Part shown: piece by piece, positions 26,030-33,715 of the stretch
Layout of the letters: each line of letters opens with the position of its first letter
Position numbering within the stretch: the first letter of the stretch is position 1
From: Candidatus Kuenenia stuttgartensis
Lineage (GTDB): Bacteria; Planctomycetota; UBA1135; UBA2386
Reading direction: 5' to 3'
Length of the DNA: 47,241 bases
NCBI GenBank assembly: GCA_945861365.1
Contig: CAMAUH010000001.1
Coordinates: 1-47,241, forward strand
Notes under the pieces: generated by a model
Database searches by the model: none
What the model saw: only the letters and a program-made list of their open reading frames with translations
Told to the model about the DNA's origin: nothing
Translations under genes and position numbers: made by a program

Positions 26030-27085
26030 TCAGCGACCCGCGCCCTTGTCGACGCGCTTCTGCTCCGGCGGCACGACCCGTGCGACCATCTCGGCAAAGC
26101 GCGCATCCTTGCGCAAAAGGGCCAATTCCGGGTCATCCGCGAACATCGACAGCTGCAGGCGCAGCGACTCGTCGAGGTCCTTCGAAGCGAGTTGTCGCGT
26201 GCACTCGTCGAGCGCGGCGAAACCCCTCTCGACGTCGCCGAGCAGTGCATGCACGCAGGCCGCGGCGTACCAGGCGACGGGGCGCAGCGGCACGCGGTTC
26301 TGCTTCGCCAGCACCTGCGCGGAGCGATGCGCGTTCGCCGCCTGCTTGTAGTCGCGCAGCAACACCTGGAAGTCGGCGAGGGACAGCGTCGAATTGACGC
26401 GGTCCTCGCTGTCGCCGCTGGCGATGTCATCCTTCAGCTTCTGCAGCACGGCTTCGGCGTACTGCCGGGTCCCCCACTGCCACAGTGCGGCGGCGAGGGC
26501 GCGGCGGAGCTCCTCGGGTTCGTCGAGGTCTTCGACGATCTTGACGATCCCGTCGAGCCGTTCGGCGCTGGGTGGTCGCACCTGCAGGTCGCGCAGCGGC
26601 CCCACCAACTGCCAGCGGAACGTCAGCGGGTACCACTGCGGCGTCGCCAACAGCAGCTCGAAGAACAGGTCGCCGACGTACGGCTGCAACCGCAGCAACA
26701 GGTCGTACTGGCCCACGTAGACCAGATAGGTGGCGCGCTGTTCGTTGACGTAGTCGATCGCGAACTGCGTGCACAGCGCTTGCACGCCCTTGCTGCGCGG
26801 GGTCGCCGGCTCCTTCAGCGTGCGCGCCAGCTGCGGCTCCAACCAATCGACCGCGAGCTTGGGCGCCTTGCGGCACGCCAGCACCGCCGCGTCGAGCAAG
26901 CGGGTGTCGACCTGATCCGAAGCGAGCCACTGTTCCGCCGCGGTCGCGATCGCCCTCGCGGGATCTGCGGCGAGGTCTGGCGCTCCTTGCTGCCCTTGCT
27001 GCGCGAGGCTCGGTGCCGCGATCGTCAGGGCAGCAAGCCAGGCGACGATCGATTGCGACTTCGTCTGCTCAGCAGGCCGTGCCAT
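26030..27085 (-). CDS. Secreted helical (HEAT/TPR-like) protein, unknown function
   Basis: Signal peptide MARPAEQTKSQSIVAWLAALTIAAPSLAQQ. C-terminal TPR-like helices (YKQAANAHRSAQVLAKQ..., AWYAAACVHALLGDVERGFAALDE). Lies between the LemA and M48 genes. Confidence 0.55.
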   Translation of the reverse strand: MARPAEQTKSQSIVAWLAALTIAAPSLAQQGQQGAPDLAADPARAIATAAEQWLASDQVDTRLLDAAVLACRKAPKLAVDWLEPQLARTLKEPATPRSKGVQALCTQFAIDYVNEQRATYLVYVGQYDLLLRLQPYVGDLFFELLLATPQWYPLTFRWQLVGPLRDLQVRPPSAERLDGIVKIVEDLDEPEELRRALAAALWQWGTRQYAEAVLQKLKDDIASGDSEDRVNSTLSLADFQVLLRDYKQAANAHRSAQVLAKQNRVPLRPVAWYAAACVHALLGDVERGFAALDECTRQLASKDLDESLRLQLSMFADDPELALLRKDARFAEMVARVVPPEQKRVDKGAGR

Positions 27086-27145
27086 GCCTCGCCTTGTAGC
27101 CGCATGCGGCGCGCAGCGACAAGGGGCGGCGCACGGTGGCAGCGG

Positions 27146-27715
27146 TCAGAACGAGACCTTGACGACCTTGCGCTCTTCCGCGGACTCGACCTCGAAGAAC
27201 TCGAGCTGCTTGAAGTTGCCGAAGCCGGCGATCAGCGAACCCGGGAACTGCTCGATGCCGTTGTTCAGGCGCATCACCGCGTCGTTGTAGGCCTGGCGAG
27301 CGAAGCCGACGCGGTTCTCGGTCGAGGTCAGCTCCTCCTGCAGCTTCAGCATGTTCTGGTTGGCCTTCAGGTCCGGATAGCTCTCCGAGACCGCCATCAG
27401 GCCGCGCAGCGACGTGCTCAGGATGCCCTCGGCCTTGGCGAGTTCCCCGATGTTGCCGGCCTTGCTGAGGTCGACGCAGGTCTGCCGCGCGCGGATCACG
27501 GCTTCGAGCGTCTCGCGCTCGTGCTTCATGAAGCCCTTGGCGACCTCGACGAGGTTGGGGATCAGCTCGTAGCGGCGCTTGAGCTGCACATCGATCTGGC
27601 TCCACGCGTTCTTCGCCTCGTTGCGCCGGCTGACGAGACCGTTGTAGGTGCCGATCGCCCATAGCACGAACAGCAGGACGAAGGCGATCGGGATGATGAA
27701 GACGAGGGATTCCAT
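27146..27715 (-). CDS. lemA: LemA family protein
   Basis: Inside ORF 27146..28348. ATG 27715 gives MESLVFIIPIAFVLLFVLWAIGTYNGLVSRRNEAKNAWSQIDVQLKRRYELIPNLVE...YPDLKANQNMLKLQEELTSTENRVGFARQAYNDAV, the canonical LemA sequence. Confidence 0.9.
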   Translation of the reverse strand: MESLVFIIPIAFVLLFVLWAIGTYNGLVSRRNEAKNAWSQIDVQLKRRYELIPNLVEVAKGFMKHERETLEAVIRARQTCVDLSKAGNIGELAKAEGILSTSLRGLMAVSESYPDLKANQNMLKLQEELTSTENRVGFARQAYNDAVMRLNNGIEQFPGSLIAGFGNFKQLEFFEVESAEERKVVKVSF

Positions 27716-27752
27716 AAGGCTCTCTGCAGCGACAAACGACGCCGACCGCGAA

Positions 27753-28550
27753 CTATTCGGGCAGCTCGATCTCGCCGGCGAAGACCGTACGAGCCGGGCC
27801 CTCGATGGCAAGGGCGGCAGCGCTTCCCGACACGCGCAGTTCGCCGCCGCGCAGCACCACGGTGGCGGATTCGCCGGACAGCCAGCCGCACGCGCGCGCG
27901 GCGACCACGGCCACCGCAGCGCCGGTGCCGCACGCGAGCGTCTCGCCGCTGCCGCGCTCGTAGGTGCGCTGGCGCAGCCGATCGGGCGCCAGGCGCTGCA
28001 CGAACTCGACGTTGACGCCATCGGGGAACGCAGCATGCCGCTGCAGTTGCGCGCCGATGCCGCACACGTCGGCCTGCTCGGTGTCGTCGACGAACACCAC
28101 CGCATGCGGATTGCCGGCATCGCCGGGCACCAGTTCCAGTTCGCGCTCCCCGAGCCGCACGAGCCGCGGCTCGCCGCACTGCACGCTGCCCATGCCGGTG
28201 CGCACCTGGTCGCCCGCCAGCAGTTCGACGCGCCGCAGCCCGGCGTCGGTCTCGATCGCGAAGCGCGCCTCGCGCAGATGGCCGCGCAGGTGGGCGAAGC
28301 GAGCGAGGCAGCGCAGGCCGTTGCCGCACATGGCACCGCGCGAACCATCGGCGTTCCACATCGACATGCGCACCGGTGCCTCGCTGCCGCGCGCCAGCAC
28401 GATCAGGCCATCGGCGCCGATGCCGAAGTGGCGATCCGACCAGGCGCGGGCGAGTTCGCCGGCGCGCTCGAGCGGGAACGACGTCGTGATGCCGTCGACG
28501 AACACGTAGTCGTTGCCTGCACCATGCATCTTGGTGAAGGCGACGCGCAT
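27753..28550 (-). CDS. dapF: Diaminopimelate epimerase
   Basis: Inside ORF 27753..29678. ATG 28550 gives MRVAFTKMHGAGNDYVFVDG...MWNADGSRGAMCGNGLRC...ERGSGETLACGTGA. Both catalytic Cys motifs of DapF are present. Confidence 0.92.
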   Translation of the reverse strand: MRVAFTKMHGAGNDYVFVDGITTSFPLERAGELARAWSDRHFGIGADGLIVLARGSEAPVRMSMWNADGSRGAMCGNGLRCLARFAHLRGHLREARFAIETDAGLRRVELLAGDQVRTGMGSVQCGEPRLVRLGERELELVPGDAGNPHAVVFVDDTEQADVCGIGAQLQRHAAFPDGVNVEFVQRLAPDRLRQRTYERGSGETLACGTGAAVAVVAARACGWLSGESATVVLRGGELRVSGSAAALAIEGPARTVFAGEIELPE

Positions 28551-29932
28551 CAGCCGATCTCGATGATGTCCCGCTTGTAGGGCACGTAGACCTGCGCGAA
28601 GCCGGCGTCGCGCAGGCGATCGGCATGCGTCTCGGCCGGCCCGTCTTCGCCGTGCACGACGAAGACCTGCTTGCAGCGCTTGCTGAGGTGCGCGGTCGCG
28701 TCCATCAGTTCGCGCCAATCGGCATGCGCGGACATGCCGGGCATGCTGCGCACCTTGCAGCGCACGGTGTGCGGCTCGCCGAGGATGTTGACGTGGGTCT
28801 CGCCGTCGAGCAGCCGGCGACCGAGCGTGCCCTTGGCCTGGAACCCGACCAGCAGCACGCAGTCCTCGGCTCGCGGCACGCTGTGCGACAGGTGGTGCAA
28901 CACGCGGCCCGATTCGCACATGCCCGAGGCCGAGATGATCACGCCGCTGCGCTGCTGGTTGAGCGCCTTGCTCTGCTCGACGTCGGCCACGTAGGTGACG
29001 CCCTCGAAGAACAGCGGGTTGTGGCCCGCCTTCAGCAGCGCGGCGGTCTCCTTGTCGAACAGGTCCGGGTGGCGCCCCATGATCCGCGTCGCTTCGCGGC
29101 TCATCGGCGAATCGACGAAGATCGGCAGCTTCGGCAACACGCCTTCGCGCATCAGCTGGCCCAGGTAGAGCACCACCGACTGCGTACGACCGACCGCGAA
29201 CGCCGGCACCACCACGCGGCCGCCGTCGTGCAGTTCCTCGGCGACGATGCGCGCGAGCTCGGCCAGCATGTCGACGCTGAGCTCGTGCAGACGATCGCCG
29301 TAGGTCGACTCGGTGATCAAGGCATCGCACTCGGGGATGCGTTCCGGATCGCGCAGGATCGGCAGGTTCTTGCGGCCGTGATCGCCGGTGAACACCACGC
29401 GGCGATGGCGACGGCCGAGGTCGATGTCCATCACGACGATCGCCGAGCCGAGGATGTGGCCGGCATCGAGAAACTCGACGCGCAGCTCCTTGGTGACCTG
29501 GAACGGCTGGTGGTAGTCGACTCCGCGCAGCAACTGCAGCGTGCGTTCGACATCGGCTTCGTCGTACAGCGGCTCGACGTGGTGCCCGCGCTTGCGCAGC
29601 TGCCGCGCGTCCTGCGCCTGGATGTGCGCCGAATCGAGCAGCATCATCCGGACCATGTCCTTGGTGGCCTCGGTGCACCAGATCGGCCCGCGGTAGCCAT
29701 CCTTGACGAGCCGCGGCAACGCCCCGCAGTGGTCGATGTGCGCGTGCGACAACACCAGCGCGTCGACGTCCCGGCCCGCGATCGGCAGATTGCGGTTCTG
29801 CTCGTCGGCGATGTGCCGTGGCCCCTGCACGAGGCCACAGTCGAGCAGCACCCGGGTGTCGCCGATGCGCAGCAGGTGCTTGGTGCCGGTGACGTGACGC
29901 GCGGCGCCGAGGAACTGCAGTTCGAGCTTCAT
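28550..29932 (-). CDS. MBL-fold beta-CASP family hydrolase (RNA-metabolising, RNase J/CPSF-like)
   Basis: MKLELQFLGAARHVTGTKHLL...VLSHAHIDHCGALP (HxHxDH motif). The beta-CASP and RNA-specificity-type C-terminus ends SAHADWRELMD. TGATG junction with dapF. Confidence 0.85.
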   Translation of the reverse strand: MKLELQFLGAARHVTGTKHLLRIGDTRVLLDCGLVQGPRHIADEQNRNLPIAGRDVDALVLSHAHIDHCGALPRLVKDGYRGPIWCTEATKDMVRMMLLDSAHIQAQDARQLRKRGHHVEPLYDEADVERTLQLLRGVDYHQPFQVTKELRVEFLDAGHILGSAIVVMDIDLGRRHRRVVFTGDHGRKNLPILRDPERIPECDALITESTYGDRLHELSVDMLAELARIVAEELHDGGRVVVPAFAVGRTQSVVLYLGQLMREGVLPKLPIFVDSPMSREATRIMGRHPDLFDKETAALLKAGHNPLFFEGVTYVADVEQSKALNQQRSGVIISASGMCESGRVLHHLSHSVPRAEDCVLLVGFQAKGTLGRRLLDGETHVNILGEPHTVRCKVRSMPGMSAHADWRELMDATAHLSKRCKQVFVVHGEDGPAETHADRLRDAGFAQVYVPYKRDIIEIG

Positions 29933-29939
29933 CGATGAC

Positions 29940-30245
29940 TCACGTGCGCACGGTGACGATGCGCGAAGTGCCGGTCAGCGGCAGCAGGAACGGCGCGAGC
30001 AGCAGGTCGACGAAGCCAAAGCGCGTGTCGACCGTGTAGCTGGTGAGGTCGGCGGCGAGCCGCTGGGTGTCGACCTCGTTGACCTGGAACAGCCCGAACA
30101 GAGCGTAGTACTGACGCTGCGAGGCCTGGCCCGTACCGGTGGCGCCAAGGCCGACCGTGTGCTGATGGGACACGCAGCCTGCAGTGCAGAGGACGGACAA
30201 CGACGCGGCGGCGAGCCAGCGCGACCTCGACGAGGAGACGTTCAC
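29940..30245 (-). CDS. Small lipoprotein, Bor-like
   Basis: GTG start. Lipobox in LSVLCTAGC. The mature part (QRQYYALFGLFQVNEVDTQRLAADLTSYTVDTRFGFVDLLL) resembles the Bor/Iss lipoprotein layout. Assigned from memory only. Confidence 0.5.
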   Translation of the reverse strand: MNVSSSRSRWLAAASLSVLCTAGCVSHQHTVGLGATGTGQASQRQYYALFGLFQVNEVDTQRLAADLTSYTVDTRFGFVDLLLAPFLLPLTGTSRIVTVRT

Positions 30246-30294
30246 GCGCTCGTTTTAGCAGTGGGGCATGGCTGCGCACGCACCCGCTTCCGGG

Positions 30295-31380
30295 TCATTC
30301 CTCGGCCGGGCGCTGTGGCAAGTCGGCAGGGATCGACGGGGCGGTCGACTCGCCGAGGGGATCCGGGTGCGGCCCCGGCGTGCTGGCCGCGAGCGCCGCC
30401 GCGGCTGCGGCTGCCGCTGCTGCGGCCGCAGCAGCCCGCTCGATCTCGGCGAGACGCCTGGCGGCGCGCTCCTCCGCCTTGAAGCGCCGGATCATCGCCA
30501 GCGCCAGCACCGGCAAGGCGGCGATCAGCAGGAAGCTGAAGCACTGCTCGAACAGGGAACGCCACGAGGCGCCGGAACCGTGCAGCAGATGTTCCTGCCA
30601 GGCTTCTTCGAGCTGCAGGGTGCTGCGGCCGGTACGGCCTACCAGCGCGCGTTCGAACGACGTCAGGTCGTCGGTCGCCTTGGCGATGGCCAGCAGGCTG
30701 GGCAGCCGGTACTCGGCGAGCAGCCAGGACACGTACGAGTAGCTCTGCGCGTAGGCGATGCGCAGTTCTTCCTGATCGCGCGGGAACCCCTCGCGCAGCG
30801 AACCGAACGACAGCAACCGGCGGGTGCCGACGCGCCACACCAGGTCCTCTTCGCGCGCCCCCAGGTAGGTGTCGCCCGCGATGCACTGGGCGAGGCCCTC
30901 GTGGAACCAGCGCGGCAGCAATCGCCCGTGCGGCGCGCTGTGCTGGTCGAGCAGTTCATGCACCAGTTCGTGCACCACGGCGCCGCGCAGGCTCGAAGCG
31001 GTGCGGATCAGTTCGCCCCAGACGATGTGGATCTGGTGCTGGCCCAGCAGCGCGAAAGCCGGCGAGTCGGGCAGCAGGTGCGGCTGCAGGGCGATCGGCA
31101 GGCCGGCGCGATCGGCATGCACGAACACGGTGAAGCGATGCGCCGGCGGCTTCGGGAACACGGCGAGCAGCTGCTGCATGGCGGCGGCGACCTCCGTGCG
31201 CATGCGCTCGAGTTGCGCGGCACCGACGTCCCCGCTGCCCACCATGACGGTCGCCGGGCCCGCGGCCCCGATGCCGACCGCCGGATCTGCCGGCGTCACG
31301 GACTTCGCATTGCCGTCACAACCGGCGAACAACGCCAGCAGGCAAGCGAACATCAGCAGCGAGAACCTTGGCAGGAACAC
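30295..31380 (-). CDS. MA-clan zinc peptidase-like lipoprotein (peptidase_MA type) with a C-terminal TM helix and a poly-Ala tail
   Basis: GTG start. Lipobox LALFAGC. HExxH in VVHELVHELL, followed by LLPRWFHEGLAQC (third-ligand Glu motif). TM helix FSFLLIAALPVLALAMI. Followed by a run of 14 Ala. Confidence 0.7.
   Translation of the reverse strand: MFLPRFSLLMFACLLALFAGCDGNAKSVTPADPAVGIGAAGPATVMVGSGDVGAAQLERMRTEVAAAMQQLLAVFPKPPAHRFTVFVHADRAGLPIALQPHLLPDSPAFALLGQHQIHIVWGELIRTASSLRGAVVHELVHELLDQHSAPHGRLLPRWFHEGLAQCIAGDTYLGAREEDLVWRVGTRRLLSFGSLREGFPRDQEELRIAYAQSYSYVSWLLAEYRLPSLLAIAKATDDLTSFERALVGRTGRSTLQLEEAWQEHLLHGSGASWRSLFEQCFSFLLIAALPVLALAMIRRFKAEERAARRLAEIERAAAAAAAAAAAAAALAASTPGPHPDPLGESTAPSIPADLPQRPAEE
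30394..30435 (-). repeat. GCN trinucleotide run encoding 14 consecutive Ala
   Basis: Minus-strand reading: GCT GCT GCG GCC GCA GCA GCG GCA GCC GCA GCC GCG GCG GCG. Lies in the cytoplasmic tail of the MA-peptidase-like lipoprotein. Confidence 0.9.
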
Positions 31381-31457
31381 GGGCGGGCGGCGTCATAGTC
31401 CCACCATGCCGGCCGGAGAAGGCTGGCAATGCACTCCGGAGGCCTTGCTTGATCGCC

Positions 31458-31829
31458 TTGAAACTCGTGAAACCCCTGTTGCTCGTTCCCTTCGTCGCGG
31501 CCCTGGCCATGGTGCCGCAGGATCCGCAGCCGGCCGCTCCTCAAAATCCTGGCCCGCCCGAGCCGACCACGGTCGTCACGATCTCGGAGCTGCAGTACAT
31601 GAACCAGCAGGGCGCGCCCGTCTCGGTGCCAGCCCGCAACGTCGTCGAGATCCGCCTGCTGGAGGAGTTCGAGCAGCACATCCGCATCGAACTCATCTAC
31701 GACAACGGCGACTACTCGCTGCTCGACACGCAGGGCTTCCACCTGCTGCGCAACAACGGCGGCTCGACCCGCGAAGTGCGCTTGGTCCGCGGCAAGAAGT
31801 CGAACATGCGGTTCCCGCGCCTGCCGTGA
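31458..31829 (+). CDS. Small secreted hypothetical protein
   Basis: ORF 31368..31829. The ATG at 31368 would overlap the divergent gene start. TTG 31458 or GTG 31467 gives a plausible signal peptide (LKLVKPLLLVPFVAALAMV). The composition is not Arg/Ala-biased, unlike the spurious frames. Confidence 0.45.
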   Translation: MKLVKPLLLVPFVAALAMVPQDPQPAAPQNPGPPEPTTVVTISELQYMNQQGAPVSVPARNVVEIRLLEEFEQHIRIELIYDNGDYSLLDTQGFHLLRNNGGSTREVRLVRGKKSNMRFPRLP

Positions 31830-31957
31830 GACGGACGGCACCGCTGCGAAGGACGCGGCGATGCCAACGGTGATTGCAGCTGACGACGGGCGGACTTCAC
31901 CGCTGCGTGCGCAACGGCCGAAGAGCGCTGGCGAAGGATCGGGTCGGCTCATTCACC

Positions 31958-33694
31958 ATGACCCGCACCACGCCACCACTGCAGCAACACCTGCTGACCC
32001 GCTCGGACCTCGCCCGCATGGGCGTTCCGGCGGCGCAGATCCTCGGCTGGCTGGCCGAGAACGCGATCGAGCAGGTCGGCACGCTGGGTGAACCAGGCGC
32101 CGAGGATCCGGTCTTCACGGTTGCCGGTCCCCTGCGCACGGAGCTGGTGACGAAGCTCGCGACGATCGGCAAGACGACCGTCGTCCTATCACCGCTGCGG
32201 GTGCGCTCGTTCCTGCTTCGCGCGATGCTGCCGCAGGCGGCCGCCGCCGCGACCACCGTCGAGGCCACCGAGCTGCCCGACCTCGCCGACATGCTCGAGG
32301 AAGCTGCGAAGCGCATCGAAGCCGACGTCGACGCCGTACTGCAGCTCGCGACGGAAGAAGCGCAGCTGGAGGCCAGCGATCCCGAGGCGGCAGTCGAGCT
32401 CGACGTCGAAACACCGGCGGACGCGATGCCGGCCGACCCGGAGCCCGAGGCGCCGCCGACCGAAGCCGAGGTGGCTCCCGAGACGTGCTTCGACTTCGAC
32501 GACCTGGCGTCCGAACTCGACGAACTGCTGGGCGGCGAGCCCATCGCGACGAACCGCACGATCGACGACGCCTTCACCGAGCTGCTGTTCGAGGAGCCGT
32601 CGGCGCCGCCGCCGGAGGAGCTGCATCCAACACCCGAGGAGCCATCGCCCATGGAGCCCGAAGCCGAAGCCGAGGCGAACATCGCAACGATCGCGGCCGA
32701 TCCGATGCCAGAGAGCGAAGCGGTTGCGGAATCCGCGCAGCCTGAAGCTGCATTCGCACCAGAGCCAGAGCCTGCGCCTGTTGCTGCCGACTTGCCGGCG
32801 GCGGCATCGGTGGTCGCGGAACCTGCTCCGCAGCTCGAACCACAGGCTGCAACCGCGACGGATGCAGCAGGTGGAACCGAGCCAACCGCTACGAACTCCA
32901 CCGAACCGATGGCCGCTCCCGAGCCCGTCGAATCCGCAATGGCTGCCGAACCCGCCGCAGTTCCCGCCGATCCCCTCGATGTGATCCTGGCGGATCCGGA
33001 GCCGAGCGTCGCACCGGAGCCGATCGCACAGGAACAGGAGCCGGCGCCACCGACGGAAGAAGTCCACGAGCCGCCCGCCGCCGCGGCTGCTCCGCCCGAC
33101 CTTGGCACTGATGCGGTGCCGCAGCCCGCGAGCGCATCGCCGACCACGGCACCAGCCGAGGTTGTCGGTGATGGCACGAGGGTCGACGCCGCCTTGGCGG
33201 CCACCAACGAAGCCATGCGCCGGGTCGAGTCCTTCCTGGACCAACTGAAGGGCGCCTTGGTCGAGATGGCACAGCGGCCACCGGTGCCCGTGGCCGCACC
33301 CGTGGCTGCGCCACCGACGATCGACGTCGCTCCGCTGGTCGCGGCGTTGCAGTCCGGTTTCGATCGCTCGGCACAACAGTCCCAGGCGACCAGTGCGGCC
33401 TTGTCGGCGCTGACGGAGAAACTCGGCAGCATCGGCCAACACGTCGAGCACGGTGTGCAACAGGCGGTCACCGAGCTGCGCCGCGAGCCGCCGACCGTCG
33501 AACGGAATGCGACGGAGCTGGTCATCACGCGCACGGATCGGACCCCGATCGCCATGTTCTCGCTGATGGCGCTGGTGATGGCCTGGAGCGCGTTGTTCTG
33601 GTTCAAGACCGGATCGACGCGTCTCGCACTCGGCACCCTGGTCGGCGCGAACGTCGTCGCCTGCTGCTTGCTGGCCGCCCGACGCCGGCGCTGA
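31958..33694 (+). CDS. Acidic Pro/Ala/Glu-rich protein with a folded N-terminal domain and a C-terminal double-TM anchor; unknown function
   Basis: ORF 31874..33694. ATG 31958 (MTRTTPPLQQHLLTRSDLARMGVPAAQILGWLAENAIEQV, HTH-like). Roughly 350 aa of low-complexity E/P/A-rich sequence. C-terminal helices IAMFSLMALVMAWSALFWF and LALGTLVGANVVACCLLAARRRR. Confidence 0.6.
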   Translation: MTRTTPPLQQHLLTRSDLARMGVPAAQILGWLAENAIEQVGTLGEPGAEDPVFTVAGPLRTELVTKLATIGKTTVVLSPLRVRSFLLRAMLPQAAAAATTVEATELPDLADMLEEAAKRIEADVDAVLQLATEEAQLEASDPEAAVELDVETPADAMPADPEPEAPPTEAEVAPETCFDFDDLASELDELLGGEPIATNRTIDDAFTELLFEEPSAPPPEELHPTPEEPSPMEPEAEAEANIATIAADPMPESEAVAESAQPEAAFAPEPEPAPVAADLPAAASVVAEPAPQLEPQAATATDAAGGTEPTATNSTEPMAAPEPVESAMAAEPAAVPADPLDVILADPEPSVAPEPIAQEQEPAPPTEEVHEPPAAAAAPPDLGTDAVPQPASASPTTAPAEVVGDGTRVDAALAATNEAMRRVESFLDQLKGALVEMAQRPPVPVAAPVAAPPTIDVAPLVAALQSGFDRSAQQSQATSAALSALTEKLGSIGQHVEHGVQQAVTELRREPPTVERNATELVITRTDRTPIAMFSLMALVMAWSALFWFKTGSTRLALGTLVGANVVACCLLAARRRR

Positions 33695-33715
33695 TGAACA
33701 CGCCAGGGGCGCTGC

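Noticed and set aside
24956-27664. A 902-aa plus-strand ORF across the M48 / TPR-like / LemA region.
   Set aside because: It is antisense to three genes with clear signatures (LemA consensus, HExxH M48), and its product is Arg/Gln/His-rich.
31368-31457. The ATG at 31368 as start of the small plus-strand ORF.
   Set aside because: It would overlap the divergent lipoprotein gene start at 31380 and add an Arg/Pro-rich N-terminus. TTG 31458 or GTG 31467 gives a normal signal peptide.
31897-33636. A 579-aa Ser/Ala/Gly-rich ORF on the minus strand, co-extensive with the acidic protein gene.
   Set aside because: It has no terminal domains, signal peptide or TM segments. The plus-strand frame has a folded-looking N-terminus and a C-terminal TM hairpin. 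Only expression data can settle this, so I keep it as a caveat.
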